Shown: positions 1-15,082, counted from the stretch's first letter. The stretch is DNA of 64,000 nucleotides from Eledone cirrhosa (GCA_964016885.1 OZ024740.1:31806001-31870000), one strand, 5' to 3'. Program-made: numbers and translations. Notes: generated from the letters alone by a model not told the origin.

Positions 1-3000
1 TGATATCAGTACAACATATAACACTAATGTACAGACACAGTTGACTATATATGATATCAGTACAATATATAACACTAATGTACAGACACAGTTGACTATA
101 TATGATATCAGTACAATATGTAACACTAGTGTACAGACACAGTTGAATATATATGATATCACTACAATATGTAAAACTAGTGTACAGACACTGTTGACTA
201 TATATAATATCAGTACAATATGTAACACTAATGTACAGACACAGTTGACTATATATGATATCAGTACAATATATAACACTAGTGAACAGACACAGTTGAC
301 TATATATGATATCAGTACAATATATAACACTAGTGTAGAGACACAGTTGACTATATATGATATCAGTACAAAATATAACACTAATGTACAGACACAGTTG
401 ACTATATATGATATCAGTACAACATATAACACTAGTGTACAGACACAGTTGACTATATATGATATCAGTACAATATATAACACTAGTGAACAGACACAGT
501 TGACTATATATGATATCAGTACCATATATAACACTAGTGTACAGACACAGTTGATTATATATGATATCAGTATAATATATAACACTAATGTACAGACACA
601 GTTGACTATATATGATATCAGTACAATATATAACACTAATGTACAGACACAGTTGACTATATATGATATTAGTAAAATATATAACACTAGTGTACAGACA
701 CAGTTGACTATATATGATATCAGTACAATATATAACACTAGTGTACAGACACAGTTGACTGTATATGATATTAGTACAATATATAACACTAGCGTACAGA
801 AACAGTTGACCATATATGATATCAGTACACTATATAACACTAGTGTACAGGCACAGTTGACTATATATGATATCAGTACAATATATAACACTAATGTACA
901 GACACAGTTGACTATATATGATATCAGTACAACATATAACACTAATGTACAGACACAGTTGACTATATATGATATCAGTACAATATATAACACTAATGTA
1001 CAGACACAGTTGACTATATATGATATCAGTACAATATGTAACACTAGTGTACAGACACGGTTGAATATATATGATATCACTACAATATGTAAAACTAGTG
1101 TACAGACACTGTTGACTATATATAATATCAGTACAATATGTAACACTAGTGTACAGACACAGTTGACTATATATGATATCAGTACAATATATAACACTAG
1201 TGTACAGACACAGTTGACTATATATGATATTAGTATAATATATAACACTAGTGTACAGACACAGTTGACTATATATGATATCGGTACGATATATAACACT
1301 AGTGTACAGACACAGTTGACTATATATGATATTAGTACAATATGTAACACTAGTGTACAGATACAGTTGACTATATATGATATCAGTACAATATATAACA
1401 CTAATGTACAGACACAGTTGACTATATATGATATCAGTACAATATGTAACACTAGTGTACAGACACAGTTGAATATATATGATATCACTACAATATGTAA
1501 AACTAGTGTACAGACACTGTTGACGATATATGATATCAGTACAATATGTAACACTAGTGTACAGACACAGTTGACTATATATGATATCAGTACAATATAT
1601 AACACTAGTGTACAGACACAGTTGACTATATATGATATCAGTACAATATGTAACACTAGTGTACAGACACAGTTGACTATATATTATATCAGTACAATAT
1701 GTAACACTAGTGTACAGACACAGTTGACTATATATGATATCAGTACAATATATAACACTAATGTACAGACACAGTTGACTATATATGATATCAGTACAAT
1801 ATATAACACTAGTGTACAGACACAGTTGACTATATATGATATCAGTACAATATATAACACTAGTGTACAGACACAGTTGACTATATATGATATCAGTACA
1901 ATATATAACACTAGTGTACAGACAAAGTTGACTATATATGATATCAGTACAATATATAACACTAGTGTACAGACACAGTTGACTATATATGATATCAGTA
2001 CAATATGTAACACTAGTGTACAGACACAGTTGACCATATATGATATCAGTACAATACATAACACTAATGTACAGACACAGTTGACTATATATGATATCAG
2101 TACAATATATAACACTAGTGTACAGACACAGTTGACTATATATGATATCAGTACAATATATAACACTAATGTACAGACACAGTTGACTATATATGATATC
2201 AGTACAATATATAACACTAATGTACAGACACAGTTGACTATATATGATATCAGTACAATATATAACACTAGTGTACAGACACAGTTGACTATATATGATA
2301 TCCGTACAATATATAACACTAATGTACAGACACAGTTGACTATATATGATATCAGTACAATATATAACACTAGTGTACAGACACAGTTGACTATATATGA
2401 TATCAGTAAAATATATAACACTAGTGTACAGACACAGTTGAGTATATATGATATCAGTACAATATATAACACTAATGTGCAGACACAGTTGACTATATAT
2501 GATATCAGTACAATATGTAACACTAGTGTACAGACACAGTTGACTATATATGATATCAGTACAATATATAACACTAGTGTACAGACACAGTTGACTATAT
2601 ATGATATCAGTACAATATATAACACTAGTGTACAGACACAGTTGACTATATATGATGTCAGTACAATATGTAACACTAGTGTACAGACACAGTTGACTAT
2701 ATATGATATCAGTACAATATATAACACTAATGTACAGACACTGTTGACTATATATGATATCAGTACAATATATAACACTAATGAACAGACACAGTTGACT
2801 ATATATGATATCAGTACAATATATAACACTAATGTACAGACACAGTTGACAATATATGATATCAGTACAATATATAACACTAATGTGCAGACACAGTTGA
2901 CTATATATTGTGCAGACACAGTTGACTATATATGATATCAGTACAATATATAACACTAGTGTACAGATACAGTTGACTATATATGATATCAGTACAATAT

Positions 3001-6000
3001 GTAACACTAGTGTACAGACACAGTTGACTATATATGATATCAGTACAATATGTAACACTAGTGTACAGACACAGTTGACTATATATGATATCAGTACAAT
3101 ATATAACACTAGTGTACAGACACAGTTGACTATATATGATATCAGTACAATATATAACACTAATGTACAGACACAGTTGACTATATATGATATCAGTACA
3201 ATATATAACACTAGTGTACAGACACAGTTGACTATATATGATATCAGTACAATATGTAACACTAGTGTACAGACACAGTTGACTATGTATGATATCAGTA
3301 CAATATATAACACTAATGTTCAGACACAGTTGACTATATATGATATCAGTACAATATATAACACTAGTGTACAGACACAGTTGACTATATATGATATCAG
3401 TACAATATATAACACTAGTGTACAGACACAGTTGACTATATATGATATCAGTACAACATATAACACTAGTGTACAGACACAGTTGACTATATATGATATC
3501 AGTACAATATGTAACACTAGTGTACAGACACAGTTGACTATATATGATATCAGTACAATATATAACACTAATGTACAGACACAGTTGACTATATATGATA
3601 TCAGTACAATATATAACACTAGCGTACAGAAACAGTTGACCATATATGATATCAGTACACTATATAACACTAGTGTACAGGCACAGTTGACTATATATGA
3701 TATCAGTACAATATATAACACTAATGTACAGACACAGTTGACTATATATGATATCAGTACAACATATAATACTAATGTACAGACACAGTTGACTATATAT
3801 GATATCAGTACAATATATAACACTAATGTACAGACACAGTTGACTATATATGATATCAGTACAATATGTAACACTAGTGTACAGACACAGTTGAATATAT
3901 ATGATATCACTACAATATGTAAAACTAGTGTACAGACACTGTTGACTATGTATAATATCAGTACAATATGTAACACTAATGTACAGACACAGTTGACTAT
4001 ATATGATATCAGTACAATATATAACACTAGTGTACAGACACAGTTGACTATATATGATATCAGTACAATATGTAACACTAGTGTACAGACACAGTTGACT
4101 ATGTATGATATCAGTACAATATATAACACTAATGTACAGACACATTTGACTATATATGATATCAGTACAATATATAACACTAGTGTACAGACACAGTTGA
4201 CTATATATGATATCAGTACAATATGTAACACTAGTGTACAGACACAGTTGACTATGTATGATATCAGTACAATATATAACACTAATGTACAGACACAGTT
4301 GACTATATATGATATCAGTACAATATATAACACTAGTGTACAGACACAGTTGACTATATATGATATCAGTACAATATATAACACTAGTGAACAGACACAG
4401 TTGACTATATATGATATCAGTACAATATATAACACTAATGTACAGACACAGTTGACTATATATGATATCAGTACAATATATAACACTAGTGTACAGACAC
4501 AGTTGACTATATATGATATCCGTACAATATATAACACTAGTGTACAGACACAGTTGACTATATATGATATCAGTACAATATGTAACACTAGTGTACAGAC
4601 ACAGTTGACTATATATGATATCAGTACAATATATAACACTAATGTTCAGACACAGTTGACTATATATGATATCAGTACAATATATAACACTAGTGTACAG
4701 ACACAGTTGACTATATATGATATCAGTACAATATATAACACTAGTGTACAGACACAGTTGACTATATATGATATCAGTACAACATATAACACTAGTGTAC
4801 AGACACAGTTGACTATATATGATATCAGTACAATATGTAACACTAGTGTACAGACACAGTTGACTATATATGATATCAGTACAATATATAACACTAATGT
4901 ACAGACACAGTTGACTATATATGATATCAGTACAATATATAACACTAGTGAACAGACACAGTTGACTATATATGATATCAGTACAATATATAACACTAGT
5001 GTAGAGACACAGTTGACTATATATGATATCAGTACAATATATAACACTAATGTACAGACACAGTTGACTATATATGATATCAGTACAACATATAACACTA
5101 GTGTACAGACACAGTTGACTATATATGATATCAGTACAATATATAACACTAGTGAACAGACACAGTTGACTATATATGATATCAGTACCATATATAACAC
5201 TAGTGTACAGACACAGTTGATTATATATGATATCAGTATAATATATAACACTAATGTACAGACACAGTTGACTATATATGATATCAGTACAATATATAAC
5301 ACTAATGTACAGACACAGTTGACTATATATGATATTAGTAAAATATATAACACTAGTGTACAGACACAGTTGACTATATATGATATCAGTACAATATATA
5401 ACACTAGTGTACAGACACAGTTGACTGTATATGATATTAGTACAATATATAACACTAGCGTACAGAAACAGTTGACCATATATGATATCAGTACACTATA
5501 TAACACTAGTGTACAGGCACAGTTGACTATATATGATATCAGTACAATATATAACACTAATGTACAGACACAGTTGACTATATATGATATCAGTACAACA
5601 TATAACACTAATGTACAGACACAGTTGACTATATATGATATCAGTACAATATATAACACTAATGTACAGACACAGTTGACTATATATGATATCAGTACAA
5701 TATGTAACACTAGTGTACAGACACAGTTGAATATATATGATATCACTACAATATGTAAAACTAGTGTACAGACACTGTTGACTATATATAATATCAGTAC
5801 AATATGTAACACTAGTGTACAGACACAGTTGACTATATATGATATCAGTACAATATATAACACTAGTGAACAGACAGAGTTGACTATATATGATATTAGT
5901 ACAATATGTAACACTAGTGTACAGACACAGTTGACTATATATTATATTAGTATAATATATAACACTAGTGTACAGACACAGTTGACTATATATGATATCG

Positions 6001-7665
6001 GTACGATATATAACACTAGTGTACAGACACAGTTGACTATATATGATATTAGTACAATATGTAACACTAGTGTACAGATACAGTTGACTATATATGATAT
6101 CAGTACAATATATAACACTAATGTACAGACACAGTTGACTATATATGATATCAGTACAATATATAACACTAGTGTACAGACACAGTTGACTATATATGAT
6201 ATCAGTACAATATATAACACTAGTGTACAGACACAGTTGACTATATATGATATCCGTACAATATATAACACTAGTGTACAGACACAGTTGACTATATATG
6301 ATATCAGTACAATATGTAACACTAGTGTACAGACACAGTTGACTATATATGATATCAGTACAATATATAACACTAATATTCAGACACAGTTGACTATATA
6401 TGATATCAGTACAATATATAACACTAGTGTACAGACAAAGTTGACTATATATGATATCAGTACAATATATAACACTAGTGTACAGACACAGTTGACTATA
6501 TATGATATCAGTACAATATGTAACACTAGTGTACAGACACAGTTGACCATATATGATATCAGTACAATATATAACACTAATGTACAGACACAGTTGACTA
6601 TATATGATATCAGTACAATATATAACACTAGCGTACAGACACAGTTGACTATATATGATATCAGTACAATATATAACACTAATGTACAGACACAGTTGAC
6701 TATATATGATATCAGTACAATATATAACACTAATGTACAGACACAGTTGACTATATATGATATCAGTACAATATATAACACTAGTGTACAGACACAGTTG
6801 ACTATATATGATATCCGTACAATATATAACACTAATGTACAGACACAGTTGACTATATATGATATCAGTACAATATATAACACTAGTGTACAGACACAGT
6901 TGACTATATATGATATCAGTACAATATGTAACACTAGTGTACAGACACAGTTGACTATATATGATATCAGTACAATATGTAACACTAGTGTACAGACACA
7001 GTTGACTATATATGATATCAGTACAATATATAACATTAGTGTACAGACACAGTTGACTATATATGATATCAGTACAATATATAACACTAGTGTACAGACA
7101 CAGTTGACTATATATGATATCATTACAACATGTAACACTAGTGTACAGACACAGTTGACTATATATGATATCAGTACAATATGTAACACTAGTGTACAGA
7201 CACAGTTGACTATATATGATATCAGTACAATATGTAACACTAGTGTACAGACACAGTTGACTATATATGATATCAGTACAATATATAACACTAGTGTACA
7301 GACACAGTTGACTATATATGATGTCAGTACAATATATAACACTAGTGTACAGACACAGTTGACTATATATGATATCAGTACAACATGTAACACTAGTGTA
7401 CAGACACAGTTGACTATATATGATATCAGTACAATATGTAACACTAGTGTACAGACACAGTTGACTATATATGATATCAGTACAATATGTAACACTAGTC
7501 TACAGACACAGTTGACTATATATGATATCAGTACAATATATAACACTAGTGTACAGACACAGTTGACTATATATGATATCAGTACAATATATAACATTAG
7601 TGTACAGACACAGTTGACTATATATGAAGTCCGTATCATAAGCATACAGACACAGTTGACTGTAT
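1..7665. repeat. 51-bp minisatellite array, about 150 copies, open at the window edge
   Basis: Unit TGATATCAGTACAATATATAACACTAGTGTACAGACACAGTTGACTATATA. One 25-bp partial unit near 2900; the array degenerates at 7620-7665. Confidence 0.98.
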
Positions 7666-7675
7666 CTAAACTTAA

Positions 7676-7892
7676 CCCTTTAACATTTACATTACTATAT
7701 ACTATGGTATTTTCACAGTAAAGGCTTTATTTTACATAATTATCTCACATAATATTGAATCTCTGAGATTTTGATATTATTTATTTTGAGAACAATACCT
7801 TAACATCAGTATGAGTGGCAAGTTACAGCTGGTTTGAACAGAAAGAAGTGAGATAATTCTTGCTGGATATGGCCGGTTTAAATGCTAGAGGG
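7676..7892. mobile_element. piggyBac-type MITE, copy 1
   Basis: TTAA-CCCTTTAACATTTA ... TAAATGCTAGAGGG-TTAA. CCC/GGG termini with TTAA target site; homologous to 15083-15290 and 41393-41612. Confidence 0.75.
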
Positions 7893-8062
7893 TTAATAAA
7901 TAGCCTTGGTATACAAACCCAATACCTTATATATGAAGCCAATACAATAAGTATCCCTAGTGCATAGAATCAGTTCCCTATATCTGGAGTTACTAAAACA
8001 GTGGTGCTGGTTCAAATGACAAATGTCCTTCCTCAACAAACTTGTAACTTTATCTCTATATA

Positions 8063-8609
8063 CGAGAGGGCTTTAAAAAGTTCCTGGAAAAAGGACAGTT
8101 GGAAAAAAAAACAGTGTAAGTTATGATGTTTATTTTTCAACATATGTTCCACCAAGGTCAATACACTTCTGCAAGTGTTGATACCAGCCTGTATGTCCAT
8201 CTGTGTAAAACTGAGAGCCATGTGATTTAAACCATGTCAAAGCAGATTGTTTTACATCTTCAACTGGGGATCATCTTCAACCTCATCTCTTCCACTTCTA
8301 AAACGACTTATCCATTTGTAGGTTGTTGATTTCTTTCGGGCATTGTCCCCATAAACTTGCTCCAGATCGTCAATGATTTCGCTGTTCTTCCACCCTAGCT
8401 TCACCATGAATTTGATGTTTTGATTGAGGTTATGTTGTTGGTGCGGGTGCTGACTTTTGACAGGCGGCACCGCAACATGTACTTAAGGGTTCATATTTGA
8501 ACATGTTATGACACGTTAGTATAAGAACATTCAGGTGCATTGAGATCAAAATCCCTACATATGATTTTAAGCTATGTACTTTTTCCACGAACGTTTTGAA
8601 GCCCCCTCG
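8063..8609 (-). mobile_element. internally deleted mariner (Tc1/mariner) element
   Basis: TA-CGAGAGGGCTTTAAAAAGTTCCTGGAAAA ... TTTTCCACGAACGTTTTGAAGCCCCCTCG-TA inverted ends. Minus ORF 8252-8470 (NIKFMVKLGWKNSEII...VYGDNA...YKWISRFRSGRDEVED) matches the mariner transposase N-terminal HTH. Confidence 0.88.
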
Positions 8610-8693
8610 TATATAACATTTCTTTGTTGTAAAAAAAAAGAGTTTATTGAAATTTTAAATATAATTAAAAATATCTCTTTAAAACTATTTCAG

Positions 8694-8818
8694 TTTAATG
8701 GGAGAAATAGCTGATCATATTGATGTTCTCATAGAAGAATGGTACCCAGGATTACTGACTACTGATGTATTTGGAATGAAAACACTACAAATACTTGCTC
8801 CATGTCCACAGTGTCCTG
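8694..8818 (+). CDS. LRRK2: LRRK2-like kinase exon a (COR C-terminus)
   Basis: tttcag acceptor, gtttgt donor. LMGEIADHIDVLIEEWYPGLLTTDVFGMKTLQILAPCPQCP resembles the LRRK COR motif DHIDxLxEEWFPGL. Confidence 0.9.
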
Positions 8819-8834
8819 GTTTGTAAAATTGCAG

Positions 8835-8932
8835 TCTTCTTCTTCTTCATCTTCTTCTTCTTCTTCTTCTTCTTCTTCTTCTTCTTCTTCTTCTTCTTCT
8901 TCTTCTCCTTCTCCTCCTCCTCCTCCTCCTCC
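8835..8932. repeat. (TTC)n/(TCC)n microsatellite
   Basis: Seen directly. Confidence 0.9.
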
Positions 8933-9348
8933 TTTCACATAGTTTTAAAATATAATTTACTTATTTTTTTTACATTTCTTTATACCCAATTACTTGTTCT
9001 ATCCCATGGGCTGCAGCCATGTTAGGACATTGTTTCTTTTTATCATAAATTCACATTTGTCTGAGCACATGCCAATATATGTGTGCATCAGTGCTTGCAT
9101 TTTGTGTGTGTGTGTGTATGTGTTTGTGGTTATGTGTATTGTTAAGTAATGATGTTTTATCTTTGTAATGTATGTATGGTCCCGTAACTCCTGATAGAGT
9201 CGTAGGAGCACCATATTGATATACAGTGTTTCTTGGGCATTTTAAGCCTGGCGGAGCCTATCCCTCTCCAGGCCTAACTTATAAAACTTCAATTAAATAT
9301 TCTATTCATATATATATATCTATATATATTTTTTTTTTTTTTTTTCAG

Positions 9349-9455
9349 AAGAAAACAAACATCTTTTTGATTTTGAATATTTAATAGAACAATCAAATAT
9401 GACAGATTTTTTGGAGTGCCCCAACCATGATGACATTGTCTTACTATCATTAGTG
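9349..9455 (+). CDS. LRRK2: LRRK2-like kinase exon b (COR-kinase linker)
   Basis: Poly-T-cag acceptor, gtaaat donor; phase compatible with exon a. ENKHLFDFEYLIEQSNMTDFLECPNHDDIVLLSLV. Confidence 0.85.
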
Positions 9456-9587
9456 GTAAATATAAGAAGATTGCTATTCATTATTGTGTTCTTTCTTTCT
9501 TTTAAATATGTTTATAAAAACTACATCTCAGATTTTTCAGTTATTAATTCTTTTCTATAAATAATTGCTTCCATTATTGCATGAAAA

Positions 9588-9805
9588 GGGCGGTGGATTG
9601 GCAGAATCGGTAGAGAGTCGGACACCATGCTTTTCAGCATAGAGTTACGGCCCTTTATGGTCTGAGTTCAAATCCCGCTGAGATTAACTTTGCCTTTCAT
9701 CCTTACTGGGGTCGATAAAATAAAACACCAATAACGTACTGGGGTCGATTTAATTGACATTCCCCCCCCCAAAAAAAAAAATTACTGGCCTCGAAATCAT
9801 TATTG
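9588..9805 (+). mobile_element. tRNA-derived SINE, family A
   Basis: GGATTGGCAGAATCGGTAGAG (A-box-like), GAGTTCAAATCCCGC (B-box-like), core TTGCCTTTCATCCTT..GGGGTCGATAAAATAAA; many copies in the window. Confidence 0.8.
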
Positions 9806-9859
9806 CATGAAAATATCAGAGTAAACAAATCTTTCAACCTAGCAATCAAGTCAAATCTT

Positions 9860-10255
9860 CTTCATCAATATTTCACCATCATTATCAACATTTAACGTCA
9901 ATTGTCCATGCTTGCAGCAGTTAGATAGGTTCTCACAAGTTGAGGTCAGACCAGTCAGGTGATCACACCCTGCTTGTATGCTCTGTTTTGGTTGGATACC
10001 CTTCCTAATGTCAAGCACTTTACAGCATATACTAGAGAACATTTTATCATTACTCCAGTCCTGCCACCTTGCAAAGTAGACTAGGTGTTTTTTGTCATGG
10101 CACCAGCACTACCACCTTTACAGGCTGCACTGAGTGTTTTTCATTGTGGCACCAGTACTACAACTTTACAGAGTGGACTAGGTGCTTTTCATCATGGCAC
10201 CAGCACTACCACATTACAGAGTGGACTTGGTGCATTTTATCATGGCACCTGCACT
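9860..10255 (-). mobile_element. decayed RTE-tail element with about 4 tandem units related to the 47-bp satellite
   Basis: Reverse complement of the RTE 3' end (GGACGTTAAATG/GAT-like), plus ATGGCACCAGCACTACCACATTACAGAGTG units at about 10070-10250. Confidence 0.65.
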
Positions 10256-11360
10256 ACCTCATCTAATAACAAATACTAATGATAATGTGAAACCATCTTT
10301 AAAATCAGTGGCTGATTATCTTAAATGTTGGTGCAAGATGTTCAGCAGAAAGATCACACAGCTATTATAGCTGATTGAATTTTGAGTAAATGCTTTGTTT
10401 TTATTTATATATTTTAGTCTGGGTGGGGGAACAGTATATATAAACTTTACAGGTTTTCAGCATGAAAATATCTTTGCAGTTGATATTCAATTTGAGTTTT
10501 TGAAGCAAATATGTAAGAAAAAAGAAAGTTGCAGAGGGTTATAATTTTGTGATGAAAAAAGGTTTAGACAAAGTGTTTGGTGCATAGTTTTGTGGGTAAG
10601 ACATGGTAGGAATAACAAATTGATGAGTCAGGTTGCATACAGTTCATTAGCTCAATGAACTGGGAATTGTTATTGTAACAACAATGGAGAGAACGTGAAG
10701 ATACAACACATCGGTTAAGGTTTAGCAATTAGTTGAATAATACTTTTTGGCTTTGATATACAATGTATGTGCATGCATGTGTGTGTGTATAACAGCTGTC
10801 TCATCTTAGATATATAAACAGTACTTTAGTGTCTGGAGCATTTCTCAGAATAAAGAGTTAGTAACTGTTCAGATCCAAAGTTCTTCCTGACACTGAAGAA
10901 AAGAGCTAACTTTACTTTTGAGGTACAGATTTGGCTATGTTATATATATGTTGTCACAATGGTAGTTCATCAGAAATTATGAGACTCAGCATTTATATAG
11001 TTTGTAAAGATTTGTTTGTCAATGCATAGAGAAGATACAGCATTGTGTAGAAAGATTGTTGTGAGGGAGACCCAGGTTGTCATCTCTTCATCATACAATA
11101 AAGGCTAGTGTTCAATGTCTTCACAACCCAACTACCACCAACTCTGTTTTAATATTCCATTGTTCATACTCAAAACTATCTTCTTAGATTTTCTAGAAGA
11201 TGAAAACAACATCATTCTTTTTTCCTGTTCATATTAAGCAATATATTTAATTGTTCAACAATGCTTATTAGGTTGACTGAGAATTCCTTAGTTGAAAAGA
11301 AATAACTGACTCATTACTCCATCTTGCTTGTAATATTATTTGCTATTATTATTTTTCAAG

Positions 11361-11434
11361 GCACCAGATATTACTCTCAATGATTTGGATGAAGAATTTC
11401 AGTTACAACAAGAGCAATTTCAACTGCAAGAAAT
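11361..11434 (+). CDS. LRRK2: LRRK2-like kinase exon c
   Basis: ttttcaag acceptor, gtaatg donor. APDITLNDLDEEFQLQQEQFQLQE (compare human LRRK2 IAPDLILADL). Confidence 0.88.
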
Positions 11435-11969
11435 GTAATGATATTTTTTTTGTCATATTTTTCAGTATATTTGTGCTTGCATGTCAGTGTGCATATGTCA
11501 GTTTAAGGTATTTTTTTTAAATGTCCATTCACAACAAATTAATTTGTAGCAGTTTTCTTGCTACCATTAGATGAATCTCTAAATCTCAATTAATTTTTTT
11601 TCCTATGCACTCAGATAAACTGTTAAATGTTTACTTCATAATTAATAAGTTCATATCCTTCTGAAAATATTTTGTTGTTTTGAACTGTGATATTTTATAT
11701 TACGTACCTCCATTTAAGTTGTTTTGAAGAATAAGTAGCAGATTTGGGAATGCTATCTGTGATAGAGTGGTATCTGTTTCAAGAGATTTCTTTGTCATCC
11801 CCTTCATGTTATATATGCTACAGTAAAATGTTGAACTTTTTAACTTAAATTGTATTATATTTTGAGAGATGATGTGTTGAAAAGGGTCTGTCAAAATCAT
11901 GCGAGCATGGAAAAGCGGATTTAAAAACTGTAATGATGAGGATATACTATATGATTGTATAAATAAATA

Positions 11970-12310
11970 GGGCTCCATCAGTTTCTATGATGATTGTTCC
12001 TGTTGTTCAGTCAACAGAACTCCCTACTCATTAAATTGATGTGACTGAGTATTCCACAGATATATATATACCCTTAATATAATTTGCATGGATATTTAGT
12101 ATGTGAGGGTGAATGACAAGACTGGTTCTTTGAATTACAGCTACAGCCGATCTAACAGATTTCCAAACAGTTTTCTTCTATCCAATTTCATTCGCAATGC
12201 TTGAATTGACCTAAGGTTATGGTAAAAGATACTTGCCTAAGACAGTATACTCTGAGATTGAACAAGGAATCCAATAATTGTGAAGGGAACTTCTAAACCA
12301 ATCAACCATG
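11970..12310 (-). mobile_element. tRNA-derived SINE, family B; unexpanded relative of the 45-bp satellite host
   Basis: The reverse complement aligns with both flanks of array 18307-24276 and carries one copy of its unit (CTGTAGCTGTAATTCAAAGAACCAGTCTTGTCA). Confidence 0.7.
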
Positions 12311-12689
12311 TTACATCTATGACTATAATAATCTACTTCTAATACATCATATACCTTATCAACATCATGTTTACGTTCACCTTTCCATGCTGGCATGGGT
12401 TGAAGGGGATGATTTGAGACAATGTTTTACAGCCAGATGCTCTTCCTGGCACCAACCCTTTTAGTCATGTCTTATGACATCTAGGGATATAGTGTATGGA
12501 TACTAAAAAGTGGGATACACATGGCAAGTAAAAATGCTTTAATCATCACATCCCTCTAAATATCTACTAGTTGTTATACAAAGGTTGACTGAAAGGTTCA
12601 CAGGTTGACCAAGATACTCTCATGGAATGACCAAATGAGATTTATTTTTCAACTCAACATAGAAACTGGAAAGAAACAATGCAGTTAAA

Positions 12690-13310
12690 ATAATAATGAA
12701 ATATTGTGTACAGTGCTCAGATGCACTACAACTCATCAAAAAGTGTATGTATAGTACATAGGGTAATGTACAAACGTCAGGAAAATGAACAGTGCATGAG
12801 TCATGATACACACATGTGTGCATGTGTATGGAAGGAGTACATCAGGTGTAGTTTTGGCGTATTTCGGGAAGCATGAATGTCTTAAAGGATGCAGTGTCTT
12901 GGCAGCTAACAACTGACGCAGGCAGTTTGTTCCATGCTTCAGCAACTCTGAGCATGAAAAAATGTCTACAAAAGTCATGGGAGCTGTGCTGTTTTCTGAT
13001 TTTGTAGGCATGTCCACGTGTGTTAGACACATAGAGATCAAAAAGGTGCTCAGGGTTGTTGTTGGCGAGATGGTTAATAGCTTTGTGGGTATTTACCAAG
13101 TCCATTGCCAGACGTCGGAGCTTCAATGAATCCATGCCCAGGGAAGCAAGGCGTTCAGAGTATGGTAGGTGTCTGATGGAGGGTATGCGCTTGGTTGCAC
13201 GTCTCTGAACAGTTTCCAGGAGGTCAATGTTCTGAGCAAGATAGGGGTTCCAGACTGATGATGCGAATTCCAAGTGTGGTCGTACCACAGCTGTATACAT
13301 AGCTGTATAC
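12690..13310 (-). mobile_element. CR1-group LINE, 3' fragment
   Basis: Minus ORF YTAVVRPHLEFASSVWNP...VQRRATKRIP...TRGH...FFMLRVAEAWNKLP is a CR1 ORF2 C-terminus; followed by a 3' UTR and (ATT)n tail. Confidence 0.9.
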
Positions 13311-13484
13311 AGTTATTAATAAGAAGGGTGGAAATTAATTTATACAAGATTTCACAGCTCTAGCATCACTCTTTCATAGTCAAACTATGAACTTTTCAGC
13401 TGACCCTTGTACACTGAAGCTATTCTGATATTGGTGGTTTTACTATCAATACTGATGTTATAATTTTTTCTATTTGCTTTGCAG

Positions 13485-13548
13485 CCCCAAAAACTTGCTT
13501 GGCAAAGGAGAATATGGTGTAGTTTATCAAGCCACATATCAAAATAAT
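13485..13548 (+). CDS. LRRK2: LRRK2-like kinase exon d (Gly-rich loop)
   Basis: ttgcag acceptor, gtaagt donor. PKNLLGKGEYGVVYQATYQNN. Confidence 0.93.
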
Positions 13549-14339
13549 GTAAGTATATCTCATACATTCCAATTAAAATACTTCATTTATTTTTTATAAT
13601 TAGTGTAAATTTTATTTACCGTATTCTCCTAAAATCAGTCTCAAAAATCTACCATGCGTCCTGGAGACCGAAGGTTGTTTATTAGTTTTTTTCAAATTTT
13701 TGGTTGTCAAAATTATGGTGTGTCCTCAAGGACGAAGCATCTTTGGCACCAGGAAATACAGTAGTTCTTTTCCAGTTCAGTTTATAAATGTAATACACTT
13801 CCTTCTTATCTCTCTATTGATATGTTGATGAAATGTAAACAAGTCAAAGATATCAATTTAAGATTTTCTTTTACACAAGAAATATGATGGGTGTCACTTA
13901 GTGATTCATTTTACTCCTGGTTTTCCTACTAGATTGTATACCCTGTGTTGTTGTTAAATAGCAATAGTTAACTCTGCTAGAACAGGCTTATGTTACAATA
14001 AAAGCTAATTGAAAGTTTTGAAGTACTCTACTGTTTAACGTTTTTGATACCAGTCTGTCCCAAACTGCCTCTGATTCTATGAAACAAAATCACCCATTTT
14101 AAAGGTTTCCTATTTAAATTAAAATCTTCCAACATAATTTTATATAAGAACATTTTGTTAGAAATCTTAATAATGACATAATTAATCATTTTAGTAAATG
14201 ATTTCAAATTCATCATTAATTAATTGAAATAGAGTGTATGCTATTAAAAATATGGTAACAATGTTTTTACTATTGTTTTTCAATTTTTATTGAGGGCATA
14301 TTGTGTAAGAGAGGAGTTGGCAGTGTTGTTAGAGTGTAA

Positions 14340-14662
14340 GGGCACAGGGCTTAGTGGTTAGAGCATTGGCCTTGTAATCGAAAGGTTGTGAGTTCCATTC
14401 TCAGACCAGGTGATGTTGATTCCTTGAGCAAGACGCTTTATTTCACATTGCTCCAGTTTACTCAGCTGTAGAAATGAGATGATAGGGACTGGGGTCCCTA
14501 TCATTCCACTGCAAAGTGGTCGTAGAAGTGTCACAGCAAAAAAGCACCCAGCACTCACTGTAAATGAGGTTGGTGTTAGGAAGGGCATCCAGCTGTAGAA
14601 ATCAAGCCAGAATCAGTTCCCGTCCCACCCTTGCAAGCAGGGAAAAGCAGACGTAAAATGAT
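14340..14662 (+). mobile_element. SINE family C: tRNA head, CORE-like body, RTE-derived tail
   Basis: GGCTTAGTGGTTAGAGC..GAGTTCCATTCTC head; CCTTGAGCAAG..CTCAGCTGTAGAAATGAG body; tail AGGAAGGGCATCCAGCTGTAGAAA...GACGTAAAATGAT shared with the RTE copies. Confidence 0.8.
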
Positions 14663-15082
14663 ATATATATATATATATATATATATGCATTTATGGCCTC
14701 AACCGGCTGAAATATGTAAGAGAGTAATATATATATATATATATATACAGGGTGTCCCCAAAACTGTATACACACACACCTGGTAGTGTTTATTCAAAAG
14801 TGAAAATAGTTCAGTGATCACTTGGTACTTCATATCTAAGAATGTGTCACATGAATAACTACTTGTAATAAAATAGAAATACAAAGTACTTCTCATAGAC
14901 TAAATGAAAACTGGAATATTGAGAGCTTTTTTTAAATGAACAAGAAAACTGAATTAATATTTTTAAAAATATAAAACCAGAAAGGTAGTATTTTCATTAA
15001 AAGAGAGGACTAGTCAAGAATTATATGTATGATATAAACAGTGTAACAAATGTTGACATTTTAATTGAATTAAATATTTGAA

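Noticed and set aside
41-7721. 964-aa and 1603-aa ORFs of 17-aa repeats (TIYDISTIYNTSVQTQL) resembling a beta-solenoid protein
   Set aside because: The unit is 51 bp (3x17) and stop-free in several frames on both strands. Variants are mostly non-synonymous, a 25-bp partial unit shifts the frame, and the array lies in an LRRK intron. There is no evidence of coding selection.
14340-14410. tRNA-like sequences (also at about 18150, 46830 and 48230)
   Set aside because: They are SINE heads with A and B boxes but no complete cloverleaf, and they continue into SINE bodies.
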